64,000 bases of DNA, from NCBI GenBank assembly GCA_037133595.1, contig JBAXNV010000001.1:30479-94478 (forward strand). The letters run 5' to 3'. Source of the stretch: a bacterium (GTDB lineage: Bacteria; Patescibacteriota; Microgenomatia; UBA1400; UBA12108). Made by a program: the position numbers and the translations under genes. The notes beneath the pieces were generated by a model. The model did not search any database, was not told the DNA's origin, and saw only the letters and a program-made list of their open reading frames with translations. Shown here piece by piece: positions 47,522 through 55,296 of the stretch (position 1 is its first letter; each line of letters opens with the position of its first letter).

Positions 47522-49440
47522 TGCTCGACGAGCCACCAGCTACCTTGTCGCTCGAAGAACATGCTTCAAATCCCAGATTCAAATTTTTCAAGTCACCAAT
47601 ATTTATTGGAGTATTAATATTTTTCTTGTTGCTTATTTGGTTTATTGGTTACTCCTCTTATCTTGGCTATCAAGCTTATCAGTCGGGTCTCAAGACTTAT
47701 GGAGTCGCCCAGGGCATTGCAACAGCCATCACAGCGCGCAATCTCCAAGACGCTCAGTCCAAGCTAACAGATACCAAAAACGCACTTATTGAGACTCAAG
47801 ATTTGTTTGGCAAGTTAAGTTATCTGTCACCACTTCCTTTTCTTGGCAATTATTACAAAGACGGTACGCACGCATTTGCTGCTGGTCTCAAAAGTTTAGA
47901 TGCAGGCGAGCTAGTCCTTTCGTCGCTTGCTCCATATGCCGATGTTCTCGGGTTTGCGGGTGGTGAGGGCTTGCCCGAATTTACTAGCACCGAAGATCGT
48001 ATTATCTTTATCGCAACTACAGTCGAAAAGCTTGCTCCAGAGATGGACAATATTAACCAAAAGCTTGGCGAGGTTAGCTCAGAGCTATCTTTGATTAACC
48101 CCAAGAATTATCCCGAGAAAATTGGGGACAAAGAGGTAAGAGCCAAGCTCGTTACTCTTCAGTCAACAGTCGCCGGCATGGTAACTTCACTCTCTTCGTT
48201 TCAACCCATGGTCAAGCTTCTCCCCGATCTTCTAGGCAACCCAGAAGCTCGCAAATATATGCTACTTTTCCAAAACAATGCAGAGCTTCGCCCAACTGGT
48301 GGTTTTCTTACAGCCTATGCCACGCTCAAAGTTACCAAAGGCAAGATCGAGCCAGGAGTCTCAGAAGATATCTACACACTCGACAGTAGCTTCAAGCAAA
48401 AGGTGCCAGCCCCAGACCCAATTAAAAAGTATCTCCCCCTCGTTTACACCTGGAATCTGCGTGACATGAATCTTTCTCCAGACTTTAAGTTATCTATGGA
48501 TACCTTTACCAAATACGCCAAAACCGCCTCAGAAATGCCCGAAGTCGACGCAATCATAGCAATCGATACAGAGGTCCCAGTTAGGTTGCTCAAGGTTCTT
48601 GGCCCAATCGGCGTTCCAGGATTTGGCGGCAAATTCTCCGCCGAAAACGATCCTCGCTGCAACTGCCCTCAAGTTATCTACGAACTAGAAAACATCATCA
48701 CAAAGCCTACCTACGAGATTAGGGTAGGGCGCAAAAGTATTCTTGGCCCACTCATGAATAGCATGCTCGCCAATATTATGGGGAGCCCCAAGAGCAAGTG
48801 GCCCGAATTTTTCAATATCTTTGCCGATAGCATTCGCGAGAAGCATCTCATGATGTATTTTTATGATAGCAACAAACAAAATGCTGTCGAGGTTCTTCAG
48901 GCCGCAGGTCGCATCACTACCTACGAAGGCGATTATCTGCACATCAATGATACCAACTTTGCTGGCGCCAAGAGCAATCTTTTTGTCGAAAACGAAGTCA
49001 ATCAAGAAGTTAGTATTGGGGAGGGTGGCGCAGTAACCAAAAAGATTACGCTCACCTACCGCAATCCAGCTCCAGGTAGCAACTGCAATCTTGAGGCTGG
49101 CCAACTATGTCTCAATGGCACGCTTCGCGACTGGATTAGAGTCTATGTTCCCAAAGGGAGTGTGCTCAAAGACGTTAAAGGTAGCGAGGTCGATGTAACA
49201 ACTAGCGAGGATCTGGGCAAAACTGTGTTTGAAGGCTTCTTTACACTAACTCCTCAGTCTGTCAAAAAACTAGAATTTAGCTATGTTACCCCAGCGGGGA
49301 CTGTCTCTGGAGACAACTACAAGCTGCTTATTCAAAAGCAAGGTGGTACGCAAACAGTCAAACACACGATTTCGGTAAATGGCAAAAAAGCCATCAACTA
49401 CAGCATCAACTCTGATCAAGAGATAGTTCTGCCCAAATAA
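47515..49440 (+). CDS. large signal-anchored extracytoplasmic protein, DUF4012-like
   Basis: Single N-terminal TM segment; LLFQNNAELRPTGGF motif recalled from DUF4012 proteins. Start is uncertain (47464, 47515 or 47521). Confidence 0.4.
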   Translation: MVMLDEPPATLSLEEHASNPRFKFFKSPIFIGVLIFFLLLIWFIGYSSYLGYQAYQSGLKTYGVAQGIATAITARNLQDAQSKLTDTKNALIETQDLFGKLSYLSPLPFLGNYYKDGTHAFAAGLKSLDAGELVLSSLAPYADVLGFAGGEGLPEFTSTEDRIIFIATTVEKLAPEMDNINQKLGEVSSELSLINPKNYPEKIGDKEVRAKLVTLQSTVAGMVTSLSSFQPMVKLLPDLLGNPEARKYMLLFQNNAELRPTGGFLTAYATLKVTKGKIEPGVSEDIYTLDSSFKQKVPAPDPIKKYLPLVYTWNLRDMNLSPDFKLSMDTFTKYAKTASEMPEVDAIIAIDTEVPVRLLKVLGPIGVPGFGGKFSAENDPRCNCPQVIYELENIITKPTYEIRVGRKSILGPLMNSMLANIMGSPKSKWPEFFNIFADSIREKHLMMYFYDSNKQNAVEVLQAAGRITTYEGDYLHINDTNFAGAKSNLFVENEVNQEVSIGEGGAVTKKITLTYRNPAPGSNCNLEAGQLCLNGTLRDWIRVYVPKGSVLKDVKGSEVDVTTSEDLGKTVFEGFFTLTPQSVKKLEFSYVTPAGTVSGDNYKLLIQKQGGTQTVKHTISVNGKKAINYSINSDQEIVLPK

Positions 49441-49958
49441 TGCATTACCAGAAGTATCTCGGAATAATAATCAAAAAAACTGCGGTCAAAGATGCTGACC
49501 AATTCCTTACAATTTTGACAAAAGGCGAAGGAAAGCTAAGCGTCTACGCGTGTGGTGTTAGAACTCTGGTTAGCAAAAGGCGCGCCAGCCTCGATTACTT
49601 TTCGGAGATCAACTTTGAGGTCGTCGAAAAGTCTGGTCGCCTTACCCTTATGAGTGTGGAGCTGGTCAACGACTTTATGGCCGCGAAGAAAGGCCTGTAC
49701 GACATCTCGCGCTTGTTTCAGATAGCTGAGCTTGTCGATGGTCTCTTGCCCGAAGGTGAAGAAAATGAGTTTGTGTATGAGCTTCTTCATAAGGCCCTAT
49801 CTCATCTCGAGCAGTTTGCTATGCCCGAGTATCTTATCCGCTTCAAAAGGAGGCTTCTGCGCGAGCTTGGCTACGGGGAAGGGGAGATTAGCGACAGCAA
49901 TCTAGATAGTTACATCGAATCTCTTCTCGACAAGCCTCTGCGCGCAAAGCTGATCTAG
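49440..49958 (+). CDS. recO: DNA repair protein RecO (short form)
   Basis: N-terminal OB-fold pattern GIIIKKTAVKDADQFLTILTKGEGKLSVYACGVRT similar to RecO. Confidence 0.5.
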   Translation: MHYQKYLGIIIKKTAVKDADQFLTILTKGEGKLSVYACGVRTLVSKRRASLDYFSEINFEVVEKSGRLTLMSVELVNDFMAAKKGLYDISRLFQIAELVDGLLPEGEENEFVYELLHKALSHLEQFAMPEYLIRFKRRLLRELGYGEGEISDSNLDSYIESLLDKPLRAKLI

Positions 49959-49998
49959 TATATTAGTTTTCAAAAACTTCAGAGTGTGAAAGTATGTT

Positions 49999-51063
49999 TC
50001 ACGCAGCATATTCTTTGCGAGCATTCTTAATTGCATGTGTTTCATTTAAAACATAATATGTAGTAGGGCCGCCAGATTTTCTCTCGATCAGCCCAAGGTC
50101 GACTAGATTGCGGAAATCCATAATTCTAGTTGAGTCAGCTCTCTTGGTAAGTTTGACATACTCCTTGTCACATATTCGCCCATGTGCAGTAAGATAGTTA
50201 AGAATCAACTGATGATAATCCTCAAGTCTGTCGTTAGAAATTAACATATCGAGTAGCTTTTGGATTCGCGATAATTCATCTACAATCCCATCTGTAAAAT
50301 ATTCGAGCCAAAACGTAAAGTCGGTATTATCTGCTATCTCATAATAATCCCCGTACTCTCCAACAGTAGCAAAGTACTTGGTCACATTTTGGTTATAATA
50401 ATTCTCAAAACTAAATAGGTTGAAGGTATTCATGCCCAAGTCTGATAATAATACCTTTGTCAAAAGTCTGGTAGTCCGACCATTTCCATCCATAAATGGG
50501 TGAATTAGCACCATTTGTTTGTGAAAAATACCAGCCAGGATAAGTGAGTCAAGCTCACCGCGATTCAATTTAATATAAGCAATAAGGTCTTGGAGCAACT
50601 GAGGAACATCACCAAAATCGGGTGGTATAAATGCAATCTGTCTCGTTTTTGGGTCGTTGACCACAACGGCACGCTTTCTTAAGTGTCCATTATCTGATTT
50701 GGATAATAGGCCACTGGTCACAACTTTCTGCACCTTGAGTACAAGAGGAAAATCAATTGTCAGGGCTCCTGTCTTAGCTTCCATTTCCAGTTCAATCAAC
50801 GCCTGGTTGTAGTTCAGCACCTCCAGTTCGCTATCTCTTACATTTTCTGGTTTCCCTTTGATCAGTTTTTTAACTTCAGTTAGGGGTAAGGGATTTCCTT
50901 CAATAGAGGTAGAGGCATGGGTAGAGAGATCTTGTGCAGCTCGCCACATCTCCATATACACTAGGCGGGGCAACTTTTTTCCATTAAGATTAGTCCTAAT
51001 TTCTGCAATCTTCTTGATGTTCTCTAGAAGTTTATTAGAGATGGAATATTTTGGACTAAACAT
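49999..51063 (-). CDS. Fic family protein, class II (paralogue of 20737..21777)
   Basis: HPFMDGNGRTTRLLTKVLL; STSIEGN inhibitory motif; start set at the conserved MFSPKYSISNKLL. Confidence 0.8.
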   Translation of the reverse strand: MFSPKYSISNKLLENIKKIAEIRTNLNGKKLPRLVYMEMWRAAQDLSTHASTSIEGNPLPLTEVKKLIKGKPENVRDSELEVLNYNQALIELEMEAKTGALTIDFPLVLKVQKVVTSGLLSKSDNGHLRKRAVVVNDPKTRQIAFIPPDFGDVPQLLQDLIAYIKLNRGELDSLILAGIFHKQMVLIHPFMDGNGRTTRLLTKVLLSDLGMNTFNLFSFENYYNQNVTKYFATVGEYGDYYEIADNTDFTFWLEYFTDGIVDELSRIQKLLDMLISNDRLEDYHQLILNYLTAHGRICDKEYVKLTKRADSTRIMDFRNLVDLGLIERKSGGPTTYYVLNETHAIKNARKEYAA

Positions 51064-51093
51064 TAGTCGATTATAGTCGATTATAGTCGATTG
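51064..51093. repeat. three perfect tandem 10-bp repeats (TAGTCGATTA x2 + TAGTCGATTG) abutting the Fic start codon
   Basis: Read directly from the sequence; on the gene strand they read CAATCGACTATAATCGACTATAATCGACTA-ATG, giving TATAAT-like hexamers. Confidence 0.7.
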
Positions 51094-51125
51094 GTCAAAC
51101 CAATAACACATGTTAAAATAAGTTC

Positions 51126-52520
51126 ATGACTACTCAACCAACTTCGCTTAACGATATCGTATCTCTGTGCAAAAGGCGCGGTTTTATGTTCCCAGGTAGC
51201 GACATCTACGGAGGTCTAGCCAATACTTGGGACTATGGTCCACTCGGTGCCGCTCTTAAGAAAAATCTCAAAGACTTGTGGTGGAACACCTTTATCGATA
51301 ACAGGGACGACATGGTAGGACTCGATACGGGTATCATTCTCAACAGCAAAGTCTGGGAGGCATCAGGTCATTTATCAGGATTCGCCGATGCCATGATCGA
51401 CTGCAAAGTTTGCCGTGCCAGGACTCGTGCCGACCATCTTATCGAGGATTACCTAGAGAAAAAGGGTACTCCCGAGAAGGTAGAGGGCAAGAGTATGGCA
51501 GAGCTAACTGCCATGGTTGTTGATAACAAGATCAAATGTCCAACTTGTGGCAATAGCAACTTTACCGATGTGCGCTCTTTTAATCTGCTTTTCCCGACCA
51601 AAATGGGTATCCTCGCAGATACCGAGAGTACAGTTTATCTTCGCGGCGAGACGGCGCAAGGGATCTTTATCAACTTCAAAAATATAATGGATAGTAGTCG
51701 GGTCAAGCTCCCATTTGGCGCTGGCAACATCGGCAAGAGCTTCCGTAACGAGATTACCAAAGGCCAGTTTATCTTTCGCACTGTTGAGTTTGAGCAGGGT
51801 GAGATCGAGTTTTTCTTTGATCCAACAGTTAGCAACTGGGAGGAGCTTTTTGACAAGTGGCTATCCTCGATGCAAACATTCCTACTTGAGACTCTTGGGA
51901 TCAAGTCCGAGAATCTTCGCGTAAGAGAGCACGAAGATGCCGAGAGAAGCTTTTATAGCAAGCGCACAGTCGATATCGAGTACCAATATCCTTTTGGGTT
52001 TAAAGAGCTTTGGGGTCTTGCTTACCGCACCGATTACGATCTCTCCCGTCACCAGGAGTTCTCTGGTAAGGATCTCACAGTAATGCGACAAGATGGGACC
52101 AAGTTCTTGCCTCATGTTATCGAACCAGCCGTTGGTATAGATCGCCTCATTCTTATGATATTGTGCGATAGCTATTGGGCCGATATCGAGCACAACCGTG
52201 TAGTTCTTAGGCTCAAGCCAGCTCTTGCTCCCTACAAAGTCGCTGTCTTCCCATTACTAAAAAATAACGAAGAATTGGTCGGCAAAGCCAAAGAAGTTTA
52301 CGATAGTCTCAAAACAAAATATCGCACTGCCTGGGATGATCGCGGCAATATCGGCAAAAGATATTACTACCAAGACGAGATGGGTACGCCATTTTGCATA
52401 ACAGTTGACCACCAAACGCTTGAGGATGGCACTGTTACTGTTCGCGATAGGGATACTACAGCTCAAGAGCGGATAAATATTTCAGCCCTAGATACCTATC
52501 TTTGTGGTAAATTAGAATAA
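51126..52520 (+). CDS. glyQS: glycine--tRNA ligase, dimeric (alpha2) class II type
   Basis: RRGFMFPGSDIYGGLANTWDYGPLGAALKKNLKDLWW N-terminal signature; 464 aa. Confidence 0.9.
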   Translation: MTTQPTSLNDIVSLCKRRGFMFPGSDIYGGLANTWDYGPLGAALKKNLKDLWWNTFIDNRDDMVGLDTGIILNSKVWEASGHLSGFADAMIDCKVCRARTRADHLIEDYLEKKGTPEKVEGKSMAELTAMVVDNKIKCPTCGNSNFTDVRSFNLLFPTKMGILADTESTVYLRGETAQGIFINFKNIMDSSRVKLPFGAGNIGKSFRNEITKGQFIFRTVEFEQGEIEFFFDPTVSNWEELFDKWLSSMQTFLLETLGIKSENLRVREHEDAERSFYSKRTVDIEYQYPFGFKELWGLAYRTDYDLSRHQEFSGKDLTVMRQDGTKFLPHVIEPAVGIDRLILMILCDSYWADIEHNRVVLRLKPALAPYKVAVFPLLKNNEELVGKAKEVYDSLKTKYRTAWDDRGNIGKRYYYQDEMGTPFCITVDHQTLEDGTVTVRDRDTTAQERINISALDTYLCGKLE

Positions 52521-52521
52521 T

Positions 52522-53325
52522 ATGAAAAAACCAATTGTTCTCTCGATCATTGCTCTGGTTGCGCTCGTAGGCGGTATCGTAGTTGCCAAAAAATTAATTT
52601 CCCCCAAGTCGACCGTGGTCACTACCAAGCAAGAGGAGGTTGTTCTCCCAGTCAACGTTATCCCGGTCGAGGAACGCCCATTTGTAACCCTTACTCCTGA
52701 TGCATCTGGCAGAAATCTGGCACTTGGTATCAACAACTTCAAAAGTACCTCATCCACCGTGGATTACGAGTTGGTTTATCAAACATCCGAAGGTGATGAA
52801 GGTGCTTTTGGGAGGATGAACCTCGCAACAGAGACTCAGCCAATCAGCAAGCAGCTTCTCCTTGGTAGCCGCTCCGCCGGTGGTGCCACTACTTTTTACA
52901 ATGGAGTAACAGGTGGTGCAATCGCACTTACTTGGGGCGAAACAAAGGTCAAAGAGAGCTTCAATTTTATTAGGTTCAACCCAACAGATCCAACTATTAT
53001 TAGCGTTGATGGTAGGCTTACCTACACTCTCACCGCCAAGGCTTTAAAGAAAGACGATGTAATAGTTACCATGAAGACGTCGGGTTATCCAGCGAGCTTG
53101 CCCACCCCAACTGCCAAGCTTTTGGCAGGCCCATACGCCATTCTTACCCCAACCACTCCCAAAGGGGTAGTAACTCTTAGTGTGCAGCTTCCAAGTGGTA
53201 CACACACCAACCCCACGATCTACGAGTTCGTAAGCGGTAAATGGGCCAAGCTTAAGACCACGCTAAAAGGCGACACAGTCACAGCCACTCCTACCACAAA
53301 CATTTTCATTGTCACCGAAGAGTAA
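52522..53325 (+). CDS. hypothetical membrane-anchored extracytoplasmic protein
   Basis: N-terminal TM or signal segment; Thr/Ser-rich, beta-rich. Confidence 0.35.
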   Translation: MKKPIVLSIIALVALVGGIVVAKKLISPKSTVVTTKQEEVVLPVNVIPVEERPFVTLTPDASGRNLALGINNFKSTSSTVDYELVYQTSEGDEGAFGRMNLATETQPISKQLLLGSRSAGGATTFYNGVTGGAIALTWGETKVKESFNFIRFNPTDPTIISVDGRLTYTLTAKALKKDDVIVTMKTSGYPASLPTPTAKLLAGPYAILTPTTPKGVVTLSVQLPSGTHTNPTIYEFVSGKWAKLKTTLKGDTVTATPTTNIFIVTEE

Positions 53326-53351
53326 GATTTAAAAAATATATATGCAAACAT

Positions 53352-53579
53352 TCATTGGGCATTAGCCATACTAAGAGCAATCTTCAACGCTATTTGATAG
53401 CTTTCAGGATTAAAGCCTACAACAACGCCTTCGCATAAAGTAAGACGATCTTCATATTCCAAAAAAGGAGTGGCATCTTTCCAACCAACCTCAGTACGGT
53501 CTGGGTAGACGTGTCTCTGATCATTGCCGCCTGGCGCTTCTGGTCTATTTGTCATAGTTTCGCGATTATACACCAACAT
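53352..53579 (-). CDS. small hypothetical protein (75 aa) in an unusually long intergenic gap
   Basis: Only ORF in the 390-bp gap 53326-53715; no motif recognised. Confidence 0.2.
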   Translation of the reverse strand: MLVYNRETMTNRPEAPGGNDQRHVYPDRTEVGWKDATPFLEYEDRLTLCEGVVVGFNPESYQIALKIALSMANAQ

Positions 53580-53652
53580 ATTGATCCCATAACATATACA
53601 TTCGGGATCTCTTCGGTTTTATATCACACTACATTTTGCTAGTACAAAACAG

Positions 53653-53681
53653 TTGACAACTATATCATTCTAAGCTTAAAT
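53653..53681 (+). promoter_or_regulatory. candidate mraZ/dcw promoter (TTGACA, 17 nt spacer, TTAAAT)
   Basis: Hexamers read from the sequence 35-60 nt upstream of the mraZ ATG; AAAGTGG-like element at 53697-53707. Confidence 0.35.
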
Positions 53682-53715
53682 GTCCTCATTGGAAAAAAGT
53701 GGAAAAGAGTCTTAT

Positions 53716-54147
53716 ATGTTTATTGGCACATATTATCACACTCTCGAAGATAAAGGCCGCGTCGCGGTGCCCAAAACTTTTCGGCAACTTCTTGGTACTG
53801 GTAGCGTTGCAACTTACGGTCTCGACGGTTGTCTCTTTATCTTTACAGAAGAAGGCTGGTCCAAGCTCACCGACAAACTCTCAACCCTCCCGCTCGGTAG
53901 CAAGCCTGCTCGCGATTTCTTGCGTCTTCTTACCTACAACGCAACCCCCATCGAGTTTGATGCTCTAGGTCGTACTCACCTCCCAGAAAACCTCATTGCT
54001 CTAGGGAAGCTCAAAAAAGAAGTTGTTTTTGCCGGCGCGCTTTCTCGTGTCGAGCTTTGGGACAAGCAAGCTTATCACACCTATGTCGACAGCCTCTCGG
54101 CAAGTGAAGCTACTTTATCCGAAACTCTTGGGGAACTTGGCATATGA
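53716..54147 (+). CDS. mraZ: transcriptional regulator MraZ
   Basis: Duplicated DxxxR motifs LEDKGRVAVP and FDALGRTHLP. Confidence 0.85.
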   Translation: MFIGTYYHTLEDKGRVAVPKTFRQLLGTGSVATYGLDGCLFIFTEEGWSKLTDKLSTLPLGSKPARDFLRLLTYNATPIEFDALGRTHLPENLIALGKLKKEVVFAGALSRVELWDKQAYHTYVDSLSASEATLSETLGELGI

Positions 54148-55016
54148 CAAACGTCGTTCACATCCCAGTGCTTGTAGAACAAGTGGTAAAGATTTTTGAG
54201 CCAGCAGCTGGCAAGACTTTTGTCGACGCGACACTTGGTGCGGCAGGTCACTCTCTTGCTATCCTTTCTTGTGGCGCCACTATTATTGGGATCGATCAAG
54301 ACGAAGATATCCTACAAATCGCTCAAGATAGGATCAAAGAAGCGGGTTACTCAGATCAATTTACACCTATCTGTGCGAGCTTTAGCAAACTGGCAGAGTT
54401 AATCAAAACTCCTGTCGATGGTATTCTTTTTGATCTTGGGGTAAGTAGTTATCAGCTCGACACTCCCGAGCGTGGCTTTTCGTTTCGTTACGACGCTCCT
54501 CTTGATATGCGCATGAGCAAGTCGCTTAGTGTCACTGCTGCTGATCTTGTAAACGCGCTTGGCCGCAAAGAGCTATATGAGCTTTTTACAACACTTGGCG
54601 ATGAATATCGTTGCAAACCACTTATCGAAACAATCATGCGGCAAAGAAAAATCCAGCCAATCAAAACAACCGGCGAGCTAGTCGACCTAATCGAAGACTG
54701 CCTACCAAGGACTGGCGCGATTCACCCCGCAACCAAAATTTTCCAAGCCCTTCGCATGGCTGTCAACAGTGAGCGCGAAGAGCTCAAAGCCGCACTGCCC
54801 TCGGCTTTGAGTGTACTAAAACCGGGTGGGATACTAGCAGTTATTAGTTTTCACTCCGGTGAAGATGCAATTGTAAAAGATTTTTTTGCCGAAAACTCAA
54901 AAGCGATCGAAAGCTTGTCCGACAAACCAATAATCGCCACAAACAAAGAAGTCGAGGATAATCCTCGCTCTCGCTCAGCCAAATTACGTATAGGAAGGAA
55001 AAATGAAACTAATTAA
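54144..55016 (+). CDS. rsmH: 16S rRNA (cytosine1402-N4)-methyltransferase
   Basis: HIPVLVEQVV...FVDATLGAAGHS...GIDQD. Confidence 0.9.
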   Translation: MTNVVHIPVLVEQVVKIFEPAAGKTFVDATLGAAGHSLAILSCGATIIGIDQDEDILQIAQDRIKEAGYSDQFTPICASFSKLAELIKTPVDGILFDLGVSSYQLDTPERGFSFRYDAPLDMRMSKSLSVTAADLVNALGRKELYELFTTLGDEYRCKPLIETIMRQRKIQPIKTTGELVDLIEDCLPRTGAIHPATKIFQALRMAVNSEREELKAALPSALSVLKPGGILAVISFHSGEDAIVKDFFAENSKAIESLSDKPIIATNKEVEDNPRSRSAKLRIGRKNETN

Positions 55017-55275
55017 AGTTCTCTGTGTAGTTATTGTTGCCTTGGTTATCGCCAATGTAACTACGGCCAATCAAGGTCTAGATCAAAGTATCAAGATGGG
55101 CAAATTGGGCGAAGAAATCGCCAAGCTCACCAAGGAGAACAGTATTCTCCAGGCACAACTCGCCAAAAGCGCCTCCCTCGCATCACTCGAAACCAAGATC
55201 GAACAAGCTGGATTTATTACTCCAACTCGGATCTTGGCAGTCGGCACAACCACTTCGTCTCTTGCTTCGCGCTGA
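55003..55275 (+). CDS. ftsL: cell division protein FtsL-like
   Basis: 90 aa with an N-terminal TM and a coiled coil, between rsmH and ftsI. Confidence 0.5.
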   Translation: MKLIKVLCVVIVALVIANVTTANQGLDQSIKMGKLGEEIAKLTKENSILQAQLAKSASLASLETKIEQAGFITPTRILAVGTTTSSLASR

Positions 55276-55296
55276 CAGATCTTGTAGCTTAATATC

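Noticed and set aside
49985-50002. Hairpin GTGAAA-GTATG-TTTCAC between recO and the 3' end of Fic gene 2 as a bidirectional terminator
   Set aside because: The stem is only 6 bp and no convincing U-tract follows on either strand. It overlaps the Fic stop codon and may be coincidental.
53691-53708. MraZ-box array upstream of mraZ
   Set aside because: Only one clean AAAGTGG unit and one degenerate copy are present. Canonical MraZ operators have 3 or more evenly spaced repeats, so this is kept only as a weak note.
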